DNA from: a virus
Reading direction: 5' to 3' (one strand)
DNA: 64,000 nucleotides
Virus record (IMG/VR): IMGVR_UViG_3300032285_004073
Span: 1 to 64,000 of that record
This document shows, in pieces, positions 54,281 to 63,999 of this stretch. Both the position numbers and the translations under genes were made by a program. The notes below the pieces were generated by a model. It ran no database searches. It saw only the letters and a program-made list of their open reading frames with translations, and was not told the origin of the DNA. Position 1 is the stretch's first letter, and each line of letters begins with the position of its first letter.

Positions 54281-54709
54281 TTAGTCTAAAAGGTTATTTT
54301 GCTGTTGCTGAATAAAGATAGTTTTAAGAAATTCCATAATGGCATCCCTATCTCTAGGGGATTTATAATACTGAATTACAATTCTTTCACCTTCTGTATT
54401 ATATCCAAATATCATAAAGGTATCCAAATATTCTGTTGCAGTATTTTTTAAAATAGATAAATCCCTAACAGCTATTTTATCATCAAAATCTTTTTGTTTA
54501 GACCATTTATCCAAACCCTTTTCTAATTCTGCATTATTAATAGAATTGAATAAATTAATTTTTATGTCTTCTAAAGACATAGGTTCTTTTGTCTGAACCT
54601 TAACTGAAGAAAGAGAAGGAACTGCCTCTAAAGACAGTTCCTTCTTTTTATTTTTCTTGCCCTTTTTATTAGGCTCCTGCATAAGTCGAGGACTTATTAG
54701 TAATACCAA
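54281..54709 (-). CDS. Hypothetical protein
   Basis: 142-aa ORF. Confidence 0.6.
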   Translation of the reverse strand: MVLLISPRLMQEPNKKGKKNKKKELSLEAVPSLSSVKVQTKEPMSLEDIKINLFNSINNAELEKGLDKWSKQKDFDDKIAVRDLSILKNTATEYLDTFMIFGYNTEGERIVIQYYKSPRDRDAIMEFLKTIFIQQQQNNLLD

Positions 54710-54992
54710 ACTTGTTCAAGTACTCTACAATAACCTCAATGGAACTGGTCTTAATCTTGAAATTTTCTGGAATATATTGTCCTCCATCATGCATTTCAAA
54801 ATACTCTTCGCCAATATCATTATGATTGTTATAACACGTAATGAATATAGATGCTACCTGGGGATCTACAATAACAGTCCAAGAGCGAGGGTCCTGATAA
54901 CCAAAATCGCTAAAAAGCTTATCGGCTACATATCCACTGTCTCTCAGTCTCTTAATGAAGTAACTGCATGTTGTTATTTTATTCTTTGCCAT
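54669..54992 (-). CDS. Hypothetical protein
   Basis: 107-aa ORF downstream of the clamp. Confidence 0.65.
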   Translation of the reverse strand: MAKNKITTCSYFIKRLRDSGYVADKLFSDFGYQDPRSWTVIVDPQVASIFITCYNNHNDIGEEYFEMHDGGQYIPENFKIKTSSIEVIVEYLNKFGITNKSSTYAGA

Positions 54993-55019
54993 ATATTTTA
55001 TTTAATTAATGTGTTTGGT

Positions 55020-55775
55020 TTATTTTACTAGAGCTGAAACGATATATTTCAATTCTACATCATCATCTTCCTTATTTTGAAAGATGAAAACTTTATACTG
55101 ATTATTAATTTTTACTTTAATATCAGTTTTGCAAGAAGCAAGATTTTTAAAAACTTCTGTATTAACAGGAAGAGCATCCACAATTGCCGATCCTTCTACA
55201 TTGTCAGCCACAATTAAAGTCATGTTGTCAACATTTTGTAATGTACGGTCATTAATTTCAGCGTAAACCTTGTTTTCTTTAGAATAAAAATATATCTTAG
55301 TAAGATCTGAAGCAAAAGCATATCCTGCCATTATTTGACGAATTTTACTAGTAGTAAGAATAAATTCTGTATCAAATTTTAATTGAGACATTTTTTCTAA
55401 ATTAACGGCTGTTTCTCTAATAACACTATCGTCTACTAAATGATATTTAAAAAATGTTTTTTCTCCATCTGATGTCTTAACTTCACATTTAATATTATTA
55501 ATATTATATTCAATGGAAAATTCCCCGTCATCTCCGAGACACTCTAAACCTGATATTAACTTTTTAATACTGATTAAATTTAATCTTATCGAGTCATTTA
55601 ATACAAAAGGTAATTTAGCTTTTGCGTAAAGAATAACCGTCTTATCCGAAGAAGAACATATAGAATATAAACTATCCTTATCAGCTTTAAGGACACAGCT
55701 TTCTGTGAGTCTATTGACTGGTTTAAGAATCTTCTCTAAGAAGCTCTTAGGAAGTGGAATGTGTATTTCTGACAC
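55020..55775 (-). CDS. Sliding clamp (gp45-like)
   Basis: FFKYHLVDDSVI linker motif; size; replication context. Confidence 0.8.
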   Translation of the reverse strand: MSEIHIPLPKSFLEKILKPVNRLTESCVLKADKDSLYSICSSSDKTVILYAKAKLPFVLNDSIRLNLISIKKLISGLECLGDDGEFSIEYNINNIKCEVKTSDGEKTFFKYHLVDDSVIRETAVNLEKMSQLKFDTEFILTTSKIRQIMAGYAFASDLTKIYFYSKENKVYAEINDRTLQNVDNMTLIVADNVEGSAIVDALPVNTEVFKNLASCKTDIKVKINNQYKVFIFQNKEDDDVELKYIVSALVK

Positions 55776-55779
55776 TTAA

Positions 55780-56268
55780 TTAGTCTAGTTGATTGTTTTT
55801 ATTCTTTTCTGTAAAGGAAGCAAATACTTTACCAAGCATACCCGACATCTTAGTCAAAGTAGCATTAGTTCTTTCTAATTGGGATCTAATGGCTTGAATA
55901 TCTTCTTTTGAAACAGAGACATTATTATTTTCTACTTGTGAACTTCCTGGAATTTGTACAATTGATTGCGGAATAATAGGATTATTAAAAATTGGAGAGC
56001 TTACAGGAGAGCCAGCAGAGGTATCTGGCACCTGTTGAAGTGCCAGAAGCTCTGCGTCTCTAACTGCTTTTTCCATTCTTAAATCCACAGGAACAGGTGA
56101 ATTTTGGGTCACCTGTCCACCCATTAAAGGTGCAACAAACCTTTGCATATCAATTTTATTAGCCTGATTATTACTTCTCTCAACAGTCATATTATCCACA
56201 CCATTAAGATGTGTACCAACCATTCTTGCTAACATTGCCGCTTCAAAGACTTGTTGCTGTGGATTCAT
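55780..56268 (-). CDS. Hypothetical Gln/Pro-rich protein
   Basis: 162-aa ORF. Confidence 0.6.
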   Translation of the reverse strand: MNPQQQVFEAAMLARMVGTHLNGVDNMTVERSNNQANKIDMQRFVAPLMGGQVTQNSPVPVDLRMEKAVRDAELLALQQVPDTSAGSPVSSPIFNNPIIPQSIVQIPGSSQVENNNVSVSKEDIQAIRSQLERTNATLTKMSGMLGKVFASFTEKNKNNQLD

Positions 56269-56269
56269 A

Positions 56270-57115
56270 TTACTTTAAGTCTCTACCGGCATGTGTAACC
56301 GAAACTGCAATCGAAGAGTGAATGGACTCGTAGTGATTGACAATTACAAGATAATCCTTAATGCGACCATCAAGATCCTTGTCTAACTCAACTGCAACCT
56401 TACGCACCATATCTTCAACAAAGACTGGATTCTCATACATAAGTTCCGTCTGATATGCTTCGTCAACCCTCTTAAGAGCATTGACAATGGGTGCAGAGCT
56501 GCTTCTCTCAACTGCACCAACAAGCTCTTCGAACCAATAAACATCCTTGCCTTCTGTGCCTGGATGATTGATCTCAACGGTAACATCCGCATAAGACTGC
56601 TGATTATGGGCTCCATAATCACTGATCTCTTTAGAGCAAGGGCAGAGGGAAGCATAAAGAACATTGGCGTGAAGATAAAACTTCTTCTCACCGTTAATAA
56701 GACGTCCTTCAAAGGATCCCTGATAATCCATGTGAGACTTAACTTTAGAAACCGGAGCTTCCTTAATCATGAAATAATCAAACTTGATCTTGATGTAAGC
56801 ATTCTGAGACTTCAGACGATTCTTACATTCATCAAGGAGAAGATCCATAACCTGATCAATGCGATGGGTCTTATTAGCAAGAACCTCTTCAACCAGGATA
56901 CGATAGCGACTCATGTTTGTACCTTTGACCTCAGGTGTAAGGTCAGTGTACATACTGATGATTGCCTTGGTGGGGTTAATGGTTCCATCTTGTCTAATAA
57001 TCTCCATAGGAACTACAATATTCCTAGAACCAACTTTAGGAATATACTTCTTAGGGAAACCATCCAGCGTATTTTGAATATCTGGAATGTCGTCGTTTGT
57101 CTTTATTCTTGGCAT
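56270..57115 (-). CDS. folE2: GTP cyclohydrolase type IB (track start 57178; likely start 57115)
   Basis: KGTNMSRY, SLCPCSKEIS.YGAHNQ, LKRVDE, ENPVFVEDMVR, ESIH. Confidence 0.93.
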   Translation of the reverse strand: MPRIKTNDDIPDIQNTLDGFPKKYIPKVGSRNIVVPMEIIRQDGTINPTKAIISMYTDLTPEVKGTNMSRYRILVEEVLANKTHRIDQVMDLLLDECKNRLKSQNAYIKIKFDYFMIKEAPVSKVKSHMDYQGSFEGRLINGEKKFYLHANVLYASLCPCSKEISDYGAHNQQSYADVTVEINHPGTEGKDVYWFEELVGAVERSSSAPIVNALKRVDEAYQTELMYENPVFVEDMVRKVAVELDKDLDGRIKDYLVIVNHYESIHSSIAVSVTHAGRDLK

Positions 57116-57143
57116 ATATTTGTTTGTTTGTTGTTTAATTGAA

Positions 57144-58010
57144 TTACAGATCTTTGAGAATATCTTGGATACGATCATTTTGATCTGATAGGACTTCGTT
57201 ATTATCCTCTACAACTGTAGAAGAAGCAACGGTGTTTGTTGATACTGGAGCTATATAGGTTTCCTCTTCCTCTTCCTGAATATCTACCTTAGGAGCAGAG
57301 ACTTCTTCATTTCCGTGAAAATGGACATTAAGAAGCTTAGTAATATCTTCTGGTGTCTTATGCTCAAAGATATTGTCAAGAGGCTTAAAGGCCTTATAAA
57401 TCTCTTCAATATCCTGCGCTCCCTCAAGAGGAGAAGGAGCAACAAATTTGGAACTAACATAGGTAGGATAACCACCCTCATTTTCTTCCACCTTGATGCG
57501 AAGATTGCATCCTTTTTCGGATAGATCGAAAATCTTTGCCCCGAGGTCATCCGAATCATCACCGCTGATGGCATCAGTAATAATCTTAGCAAGCTGCTTA
57601 CCGTAACGGAGAATCTTAACCTGACCCTGATTCTCTGGATTGGTTGGATCCTTAATTACATAGACATTGGCGAGCCAATTCTCATTGCGCTTAATAGGAG
57701 AAATACGCTTGATCTCTGCCTCGTTATTGGTGCGATAAACCTTAGAACGATATTCATCAATAGGACAACGCTCTCCATAGGTTGTAGGACAAGTACAAGA
57801 GACAAGCTGATTAGTTACTACACTCTTCCAAAGATGATGATAGTAATGATAAAGGGTGCGCTCTGGAGCTTCAATATTAGGAATAAGGCGTACCAAATAG
57901 GTATTACCAATCTCCAGCTTCATAAAGTCTCTGAATCCGCTTTCGGTATTGGATGACTTCTTGTTGAGAGCCTCTTTAATAGACTCGAATAGGTTAGTGT
58001 TGTATTTCAT
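57144..58010 (-). CDS. Single-stranded DNA-binding protein (gp32)
   Basis: VRLIP, CPTTYGERCPI, NPENQGQV, YGKQL, FDL.EKG, acidic C-terminal tail. Confidence 0.93.
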   Translation of the reverse strand: MKYNTNLFESIKEALNKKSSNTESGFRDFMKLEIGNTYLVRLIPNIEAPERTLYHYYHHLWKSVVTNQLVSCTCPTTYGERCPIDEYRSKVYRTNNEAEIKRISPIKRNENWLANVYVIKDPTNPENQGQVKILRYGKQLAKIITDAISGDDSDDLGAKIFDLSEKGCNLRIKVEENEGGYPTYVSSKFVAPSPLEGAQDIEEIYKAFKPLDNIFEHKTPEDITKLLNVHFHGNEEVSAPKVDIQEEEEETYIAPVSTNTVASSTVVEDNNEVLSDQNDRIQDILKDL

Positions 58011-58710
58011 ATGTTTGTTTGGTTTGGTTTTCGGTTGTTTGTTTAATATTATATGGAGTCTTAATATTTTTCAACTCTTCTATAATAAAAATTTTAATTT
58101 TTTTTGTAGCTTCTCTTATTAAAGATTTTGCTTTAGGTGAATTGTGATATCTAGTACGAATAGCATTTATAGTATTAGATAAATTGGGTGCCCAAATAGC
58201 TTGTTCATCTTCTGACATATTTAAAATATTAGTTGAACCATTTAATTCCATTATACTATATGGATTAATTAAATGCTCTCTATAATGTTGTGTCCATATA
58301 GGCATTCTTCCTATTTTAAAACTTAAATATTGATCAAGATGTATCCTGTTCTTAATACAGAACATAGCAATAAATCTAAGACTTTCTTTAATTTTATCAA
58401 ATTGTTTTTCTGGTGATTGATCTTCCAGCTGTTGTTGATAAAGACTGTAAGCTCTAATAGCCGCTCTAGTAGTAAAGAATTTAAGTGGCGGACATTTTTC
58501 ATCCGGGTGAAGACCGCGAGGTGCACCAAAAAAATCATCCCATTTGATGTGAGAAAATTTTCTAAAAAAATTATACATCCTCTTTATAAGAACTACGTTC
58601 TCTGAGGATATATCTGAAAAATCTTTTCTTGGTTGGTAAGGTAAACCATTACGAGAATGTTTTAAATAACAATTGTAAATGGCTTGCTCTGTTTTATTCA
58701 GTTGATTCAA
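57994..58710 (-). CDS. Possible helicase loader (gp59-like)
   Basis: Size and position directly upstream of gp32 as in T4; sequence motif weak. Confidence 0.45.
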   Translation of the reverse strand: MNQLNKTEQAIYNCYLKHSRNGLPYQPRKDFSDISSENVVLIKRMYNFFRKFSHIKWDDFFGAPRGLHPDEKCPPLKFFTTRAAIRAYSLYQQQLEDQSPEKQFDKIKESLRFIAMFCIKNRIHLDQYLSFKIGRMPIWTQHYREHLINPYSIMELNGSTNILNMSEDEQAIWAPNLSNTINAIRTRYHNSPKAKSLIREATKKIKIFIIEELKNIKTPYNIKQTTENQTKQTYEIQH

Positions 58711-59011
58711 TGGGTTTCTTTTTTTTGTTGTGTTTGGATCGGAAAATCTTTTTATATATATTAGGAGTACTTCCTAAATAGGCACGCATAATATTTTGTA
58801 AACTATAGTCTCCTAATATTTCAAAATATAACTTTTGTGTTCTTTTATCTTCTATTAAAAATTTAAGGAAATTCAAATAATTAAATTTTTTGCCTTTAGC
58901 TATACAGACAAAAGAAGCAAATTTCATAGTAATATCTTCAAATTCTGAAAGATCAAATACGTCTGAAGGGTTTGAACTTTCTTCTATCTGTTGCGAAGAA
59001 GTAATAATCAT
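58694..59011 (-). CDS. Hypothetical protein
   Basis: 105-aa ORF; position matches T4 gp33 but there is no motif support. Confidence 0.5.
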   Translation of the reverse strand: MIITSSQQIEESSNPSDVFDLSEFEDITMKFASFVCIAKGKKFNYLNFLKFLIEDKRTQKLYFEILGDYSLQNIMRAYLGSTPNIYKKIFRSKHNKKKKPIESTE

Positions 59012-59904
59012 AAAGGTTTTAAATTTTTTGTAATTTCCATAAAGAGAGGAGTTATTTTACCACCAGCTGCGAATTCATGACCACCTCCTTCACAAATTTT
59101 TTCTGCAAAAGCCCCTACATCTACAGGATCTTCTTTAGTACATTGTCTTATAGAAACTTTTTCTGTTTTTGTATTAATAAAGAAAAATATATCTGGTTTA
59201 TGTTTTTGAATAAGAATATCCATTACTTGAGGTACTATTCTATCCACCAACCCTGCGCATATTTTTTTCTTTTTATTTACAATATTTAATTCACCGGAAA
59301 AAATAGGCACTTTATTGGCTTCATCAATCGCTTCCTTTTTAATAAAATTAATAGCTCTTTTTTGTTCTGGGGTAAATGGTTTGTAACCATTCATGTAGTC
59401 TTTAATAAATTCTGAAAATTTATTTCTATATTGAGACCAAAAAAGAATATTTAAATCGTAAGAAGATGGGAATTTAAGATTATAAGAATCAAAATCATCA
59501 GCTAATAATATTAGCATTTTTTGCATATCATTCAATTCTGGTGAAGATTGTGCAAACAATTTTCTAGTTAAAAGAGCATTAGAAGAATATTCTTTATATA
59601 AAACTTTGGCTTTTTTAAATTTATTAGCAAACCTTTCTGAAGATTTATGATGATCTATAAAGGTTACATTTTCTTTATCTAAAAGAGGTATAAATTCATC
59701 TCTTAAAGCTAAATCTAAAACAAAAGTGGTAGGATTATTATGAGTATTAGAATAATGTTCCTTGATTTTATCTATTATCTCTAAATTATTTAAAGGAAAA
59801 TAATGAAACGTAGCATCTGGTCTTGACCACATTAATGCTAAAAGGCTTACTGCTCCATCTAAATCATTGTGCGTAAAAACATGATAGCATTTTGACATAT
59901 TCAT
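59008..59904 (-). CDS. DHH-family phosphoesterase with DHHA1 domain
   Basis: HNDLDG, VLDL, IDHH, GGGHEFAAG. Confidence 0.9.
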   Translation of the reverse strand: MNMSKCYHVFTHNDLDGAVSLLALMWSRPDATFHYFPLNNLEIIDKIKEHYSNTHNNPTTFVLDLALRDEFIPLLDKENVTFIDHHKSSERFANKFKKAKVLYKEYSSNALLTRKLFAQSSPELNDMQKMLILLADDFDSYNLKFPSSYDLNILFWSQYRNKFSEFIKDYMNGYKPFTPEQKRAINFIKKEAIDEANKVPIFSGELNIVNKKKKICAGLVDRIVPQVMDILIQKHKPDIFFFINTKTEKVSIRQCTKEDPVDVGAFAEKICEGGGHEFAAGGKITPLFMEITKNLKPL

Positions 59905-59928
59905 TATTTAATAGTATGTCACAAACTT

Positions 59929-61317
59929 TCACCCCTCATCATCTAAATTCTCTATAAGATTAAGTGTGTCTGCTATACTTTGAATACCACCACTAATAGA
60001 TCCTGGTATATTTCTCCTTTGAGAATTAAATGATTGTGCTACGCTGTCTGGGTCTCTAAGAGTAAGTGTAGGATAGTCAATTTCTAAAACCGTATGACAT
60101 TCTCTAGGCCCGAAGCGGTTTTTTGTAATACCCAAATGAATAATACCTAATTCAAAATCTTCTTCTTCCGTCCAAATAGAGAATTGAGCATCTGCAGTAT
60201 GAGCAAGACCCATAGATTCAGATACTGTTTCCAATCCTGGATTATTTTGATCATATGCCGACCTATTAGCCTGTGTTGCAGAAATAACCGGACAGGAAAA
60301 ATAATAAGACAATGCTCTAATCTGTTCTGTAATATGTTTGATTGCCTCGTAAGAATTAGTTCCTCTTTCTGGTGGCGCCACTAGATTTAAATAATCTAAT
60401 ACGATAGCATCTGGTTTAATACCTTTCTTAACCAATCTCTCTAAGAATGCTTTGATTTGAATAGGAGTAATGGCTTTGGGAGGAAATTCTTTAATAATAA
60501 GCTTAGCATCTTGATGTCTTAATTTATAAGCATTAAGTGAGTCTTTAAGAGGATCAATTTGCATAGGCAAATCATTCATAGCAATGCGAGACAATGAGGA
60601 ACTAATGCGTTTAGCATAAACCTGCTCTGCCATTTCCAAAGTAATAAGGACAACGGTTTTATTTTGACTAAGAATGTTTGTAGCAATATTACCTAAGAAA
60701 ATAGATTTACCGACATTGGTGACTCCATAAAATACATAAAGTGCTCTACCTTCTGCCATAAAACCACCACCAATTTTATCATCTAACCATTTCCAACCAG
60801 AAGGAATAGTTTTAAATACCTTCTGGAGATCTTCGCAATGCTTATCAATTTGCTCTAGATAATCTAATCCAAAGCTTTCTACCAATGAAATACTACATGC
60901 CTTTTCAAAATCTTCTAAAATTTGAGAAGAATTAATAGTGCCAGATTGTACATCTACGGATGTTTTAAGAACTGTATTATATACAGCCTTTTCTTTAAGA
61001 AATTTTTCTGTGTTAACTAATAATACTTCTTTATCGTAATTTTTATCAATATCTGTAAAGCTTAAAGCTACACTTTTTAATGCGTCTCTTTTTTCTGGCT
61101 CTATTAAATGAACTTTAAGTTCTGTAATATTTGGTATTTTATTATAAGTTGAATAAAAATTAGCTAAAGATTCAAATACAGTTCTTATATTCTTATTCTC
61201 AAAATAAGACGGTTTGGCATGTTCAATAATACTTTCCAAGTATATTGGATCAACCAAAGAATTGTATATCATGATCTTCTCAAAAAGATCATAATCTATA
61301 GGTAATGATTTAATCAC
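59929..61317 (-). CDS. Replicative DNA helicase (gp41/DnaB-like)
   Basis: TNVGKS, LEMAE, IKEFP, LDYLNL, SATQANR, SESMG..HTAD, KNRFG. Confidence 0.95.
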   Translation of the reverse strand: MIKSLPIDYDLFEKIMIYNSLVDPIYLESIIEHAKPSYFENKNIRTVFESLANFYSTYNKIPNITELKVHLIEPEKRDALKSVALSFTDIDKNYDKEVLLVNTEKFLKEKAVYNTVLKTSVDVQSGTINSSQILEDFEKACSISLVESFGLDYLEQIDKHCEDLQKVFKTIPSGWKWLDDKIGGGFMAEGRALYVFYGVTNVGKSIFLGNIATNILSQNKTVVLITLEMAEQVYAKRISSSLSRIAMNDLPMQIDPLKDSLNAYKLRHQDAKLIIKEFPPKAITPIQIKAFLERLVKKGIKPDAIVLDYLNLVAPPERGTNSYEAIKHITEQIRALSYYFSCPVISATQANRSAYDQNNPGLETVSESMGLAHTADAQFSIWTEEEDFELGIIHLGITKNRFGPRECHTVLEIDYPTLTLRDPDSVAQSFNSQRRNIPGSISGGIQSIADTLNLIENLDDEG

Positions 61318-61328
61318 TCAAATAGAAA

Positions 61329-61511
61329 TTAACGACCCCAACTAGTGCCACCAAAAAGATTTGAAAATCCATTTGTAGTATTATTCCCCACAGATGCTGC
61401 TTTCGGCGCTGGTTTATGGATAATATTATTCAAATGCTGAATATTAATATCTTCTTCCAATTGATCTGGGTTCATTTTATTTAATTCGTCTCTTAATTGT
61501 TTGTATGTCAT
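61329..61511 (-). CDS. Small hypothetical protein
   Basis: 60-aa ORF. Confidence 0.5.
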   Translation of the reverse strand: MTYKQLRDELNKMNPDQLEEDINIQHLNNIIHKPAPKAASVGNNTTNGFSNLFGGTSWGR

Positions 61512-61515
61512 AATT

Positions 61516-62037
61516 TTATACTCCTGGTCTATTACTAATTATAGGTGAAGATGTTTGGGAGGTCACGGATGGATGTATTTTTAAAGAAATATCTTCTTTA
61601 GAATAAATTGCTGAATTATTTTCGTGTTCAAATACCTCAACCTTGTCTACCCAACATCTGTCACCGTATTGCTCTTTAATAAAATCCGATGCTGTTTTAA
61701 AACACCATTCTGCTGCTCTTTCTATACCAACACCTTCTGGCATGATTCTTAAAACTGCAGCTCCCCTTTCTTCAAGTTGCTTCCAAAGATCAAGACAAGG
61801 ATCATCTGCTGCAACACAAAGCGTATGATCAAATTGATTTTGTAATATATCTTTAAGAGGTTTAAGACCCCCGAAATCTACCGCCCAATTACGAAAATCT
61901 AATTCTTTGCAACCAAACCAAAATTTGGCTTTGAGTTGATATCCATGTACATATTGACAATGACTATGTTGTGCTCCGTATTGTCTAAAAGCACATGATC
62001 CTAATTCTATTACTTTTGTTGATGTATAATTACTCAT
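61516..62037 (-). CDS. queD: 6-carboxytetrahydropterin synthase (track start 62079; likely start 62037)
   Basis: CAFRQ, HC.YVHGY, VDFGGLK, FDH, VEVFEHENNSA. Confidence 0.9.
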   Translation of the reverse strand: MSNYTSTKVIELGSCAFRQYGAQHSHCQYVHGYQLKAKFWFGCKELDFRNWAVDFGGLKPLKDILQNQFDHTLCVAADDPCLDLWKQLEERGAAVLRIMPEGVGIERAAEWCFKTASDFIKEQYGDRCWVDKVEVFEHENNSAIYSKEDISLKIHPSVTSQTSSPIISNRPGV

Positions 62038-63223
62038 TTTCTTCGTTATTATTTTCCTCTGATAAAAAATCGTCTTCAATATCTACTTCTTCTGTTATAG
62101 AAGCATTATTAAAACAAAGTTGGGTCTTAAGTTTTTCTTCTAAAGATGGAAGAATTTTATTCCAAACTTCTTCATCATCCTTCCAATCTTTGAAGAAGCC
62201 TAATATTTCTCCATTAAAAGAATGTCGGTGACCCACTTTCTCCAAGACACCGTATCCTTCACACATTTCAAGTAGACCGGAATATTTGTTAAGACCCGTT
62301 CTAAAATTCAAATACATTTCTGTTTCTAAATAAGGAGGAACAAATCGATTTTTAGTAGTAAGAGCTCTAAGAGTCAATCCATTAATATCTTTGGATAAAG
62401 GAGTAACGTCTGTATTAGCATCTTTATTTTTACTATCGCTTGACCTTTCTGCCTTCTTAGCCATTTGAACAATAACTGATGCCATATATAGAGGTCCAGA
62501 TCCTCCTGCTTGTTTTTTGATAGCTGAAGGATGAAGCTGGGAAGGATCCTCATAGATATGATTAGTAAAAACTACTGGACAATTAGCCTTAGCAGCTGAA
62601 TGTGTAATAGCCCTCATCATACTCTTTAAAGCCTTGGCTCTGTTTCCCATGTCTGGAGTGTCAGAACCTTCATCAATCTTTTTCTTTTCTTGGGTTGTAA
62701 TAAGATTACCTAAAGAATCAATAACAATAAGTACCTTACCTTGTAAACCTTTTTGTATAACATTGTCTAAAAATTTAACAATTTGATTGCGACAATTTTC
62801 TGTTATCTCGCTTGGAACGTGTTTGATTTTAGAAGAATCACATCCTAAACGTGAAGCTGTTGCTTCATCCAATGCACCTTCTGTATCAAAATATGCAACA
62901 TGCATACCTTTCATAAATTGTGCATTAGCCATTACTTTATTACACATAAGAGTCTTACCACAAGATTCTGGCCCAATAAATCCAGTCAATCTTCCCATAG
63001 GAATTCCACCATAAAGTGAACCTGAAATAATTGCATTTAAAGCATAACTTCCAGTGTCAATCCAATCTTTTACAGTTGAAAGACTATTTTTATCAAGATA
63101 TGCTGCTTCAGGATTTAAATCCTCTAAAACCTTAAAGGCATCTTCAATAGTGCCACCGGTTACTTCTTCTGTATCTGTTTTCTTTTTGTATGCCATATAA
63201 TATATAATAACAAAAAAGCTCAA
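62030..63223 (-). CDS. uvsX: UvsX/RecA recombinase
   Basis: DTGSYALN...G, GPESCGKT, FDTE, VIDSLG, TNH, GG. Confidence 0.93.
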   Translation of the reverse strand: MSFFVIIYYMAYKKKTDTEEVTGGTIEDAFKVLEDLNPEAAYLDKNSLSTVKDWIDTGSYALNAIISGSLYGGIPMGRLTGFIGPESCGKTLMCNKVMANAQFMKGMHVAYFDTEGALDEATASRLGCDSSKIKHVPSEITENCRNQIVKFLDNVIQKGLQGKVLIVIDSLGNLITTQEKKKIDEGSDTPDMGNRAKALKSMMRAITHSAAKANCPVVFTNHIYEDPSQLHPSAIKKQAGGSGPLYMASVIVQMAKKAERSSDSKNKDANTDVTPLSKDINGLTLRALTTKNRFVPPYLETEMYLNFRTGLNKYSGLLEMCEGYGVLEKVGHRHSFNGEILGFFKDWKDDEEVWNKILPSLEEKLKTQLCFNNASITEEVDIEDDFLSEENNNEENE

Positions 63224-63247
63224 CTTGTCAATGACAAATTGAGCTTT
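63212..63247 (-). terminator. Intrinsic terminator
   Basis: AAAGCTCAA-C-TTGTCA-A-TGACAA-A-TTGAGCTTT; the A-run gives a U-tract on the minus strand. Confidence 0.8.
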
Positions 63248-63269
63248 AAAGTGTTAAACTAGATCTTTT

Positions 63270-63659
63270 TTACTCATCAAAAAGATTAATCACTCCGCCC
63301 TTACCACCAGGGGAAGCTGGTTCAGAAGGTGGAACAAAGATGTTACTCTTATTAAACATCTGGCTGTATTGTGCCTGAAGTCGGAAATCAATAGCTTCAA
63401 TACTGGTCTCTGTAATGTTAGCCTTCTTGTAGAAGAAGGTGACATCATCCGTCTTATCAGGAAGGAACTCCCTGAAAAAGATTGGAAGCAACTGAACAGA
63501 CATTCTACCGGATTGATCCTGTGGTACTACATTAAGTACAACTGGATTCTTCAAGGCAAGAACACTGTCAGTGGTCTGATCAGCAACGACTTCACCCAAA
63601 AGGGTGCGGCCAACTGTGTCTAGGATGGTTGTTAGGTTTGTTGTTGTTGTTTCGCTCAT
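63270..63659 (-). CDS. Hypothetical Sm-like/beta-barrel small protein
   Basis: DTVGRTLLGEV...LALKNPVVL; TAAATA upstream. Confidence 0.6.
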   Translation of the reverse strand: MSETTTTNLTTILDTVGRTLLGEVVADQTTDSVLALKNPVVLNVVPQDQSGRMSVQLLPIFFREFLPDKTDDVTFFYKKANITETSIEAIDFRLQAQYSQMFNKSNIFVPPSEPASPGGKGGVINLFDE

Positions 63660-63669
63660 AAAATATTAT

Positions 63670-63999
63670 TTACTTGGTTTCTTTTATAGGCAACGGATTC
63701 CATTGCAAAGCTTCTGAAGTATTTGGAAAGATTTCTGCAAAAATATTTCTAATAGCTAATGCTATTTCTCTATGTTCTTTTTGCGTATCTTCTTTAGTTC
63801 TTAAATCTAAATAATGTATCCAAGATCTTAAAGTACCACTCATATATAAAGTAGTTTGTGTACAAAGAGGTAAAATCATTCTAGCGGTTTCTCTCGCAGC
63901 TCCTCTTTCTAAGAGATTATCATATAATTTAGCAGATTCTATTAAATGATTTTGTATTAATTTTAAATCTTCTTCGCCCAGTGGAAGAGTATCTGTGCT
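63670..63999 (-). CDS. thyX: Flavin-dependent thymidylate synthase, 3' part (truncated by the window)
   Basis: Frame is open to the window edge: ...GAARETARMILPLCTQTTLYMSGTLRSWIHYLDLR...TQKEHR. Confidence 0.92.
   Translation of the reverse strand, partial: STDTLPLGEEDLKLIQNHLIESAKLYDNLLERGAARETARMILPLCTQTTLYMSGTLRSWIHYLDLRTKEDTQKEHREIALAIRNIFAEIFPNTSEALQWNPLPIKETK

Noticed and set aside
24275-63223. Inteins or introns in nrdA, terminase, helicase or uvsX
   Set aside because: Lengths are ordinary and no splice-junction or endonuclease motifs are present.
559-63623. Many 60-190 aa track ORFs nested in or antisense to confident genes (e.g. 3109-3477, 18016-18402, 50315-50824, 56564-57142)
   Set aside because: Shadow ORFs of real genes with no independent signals.
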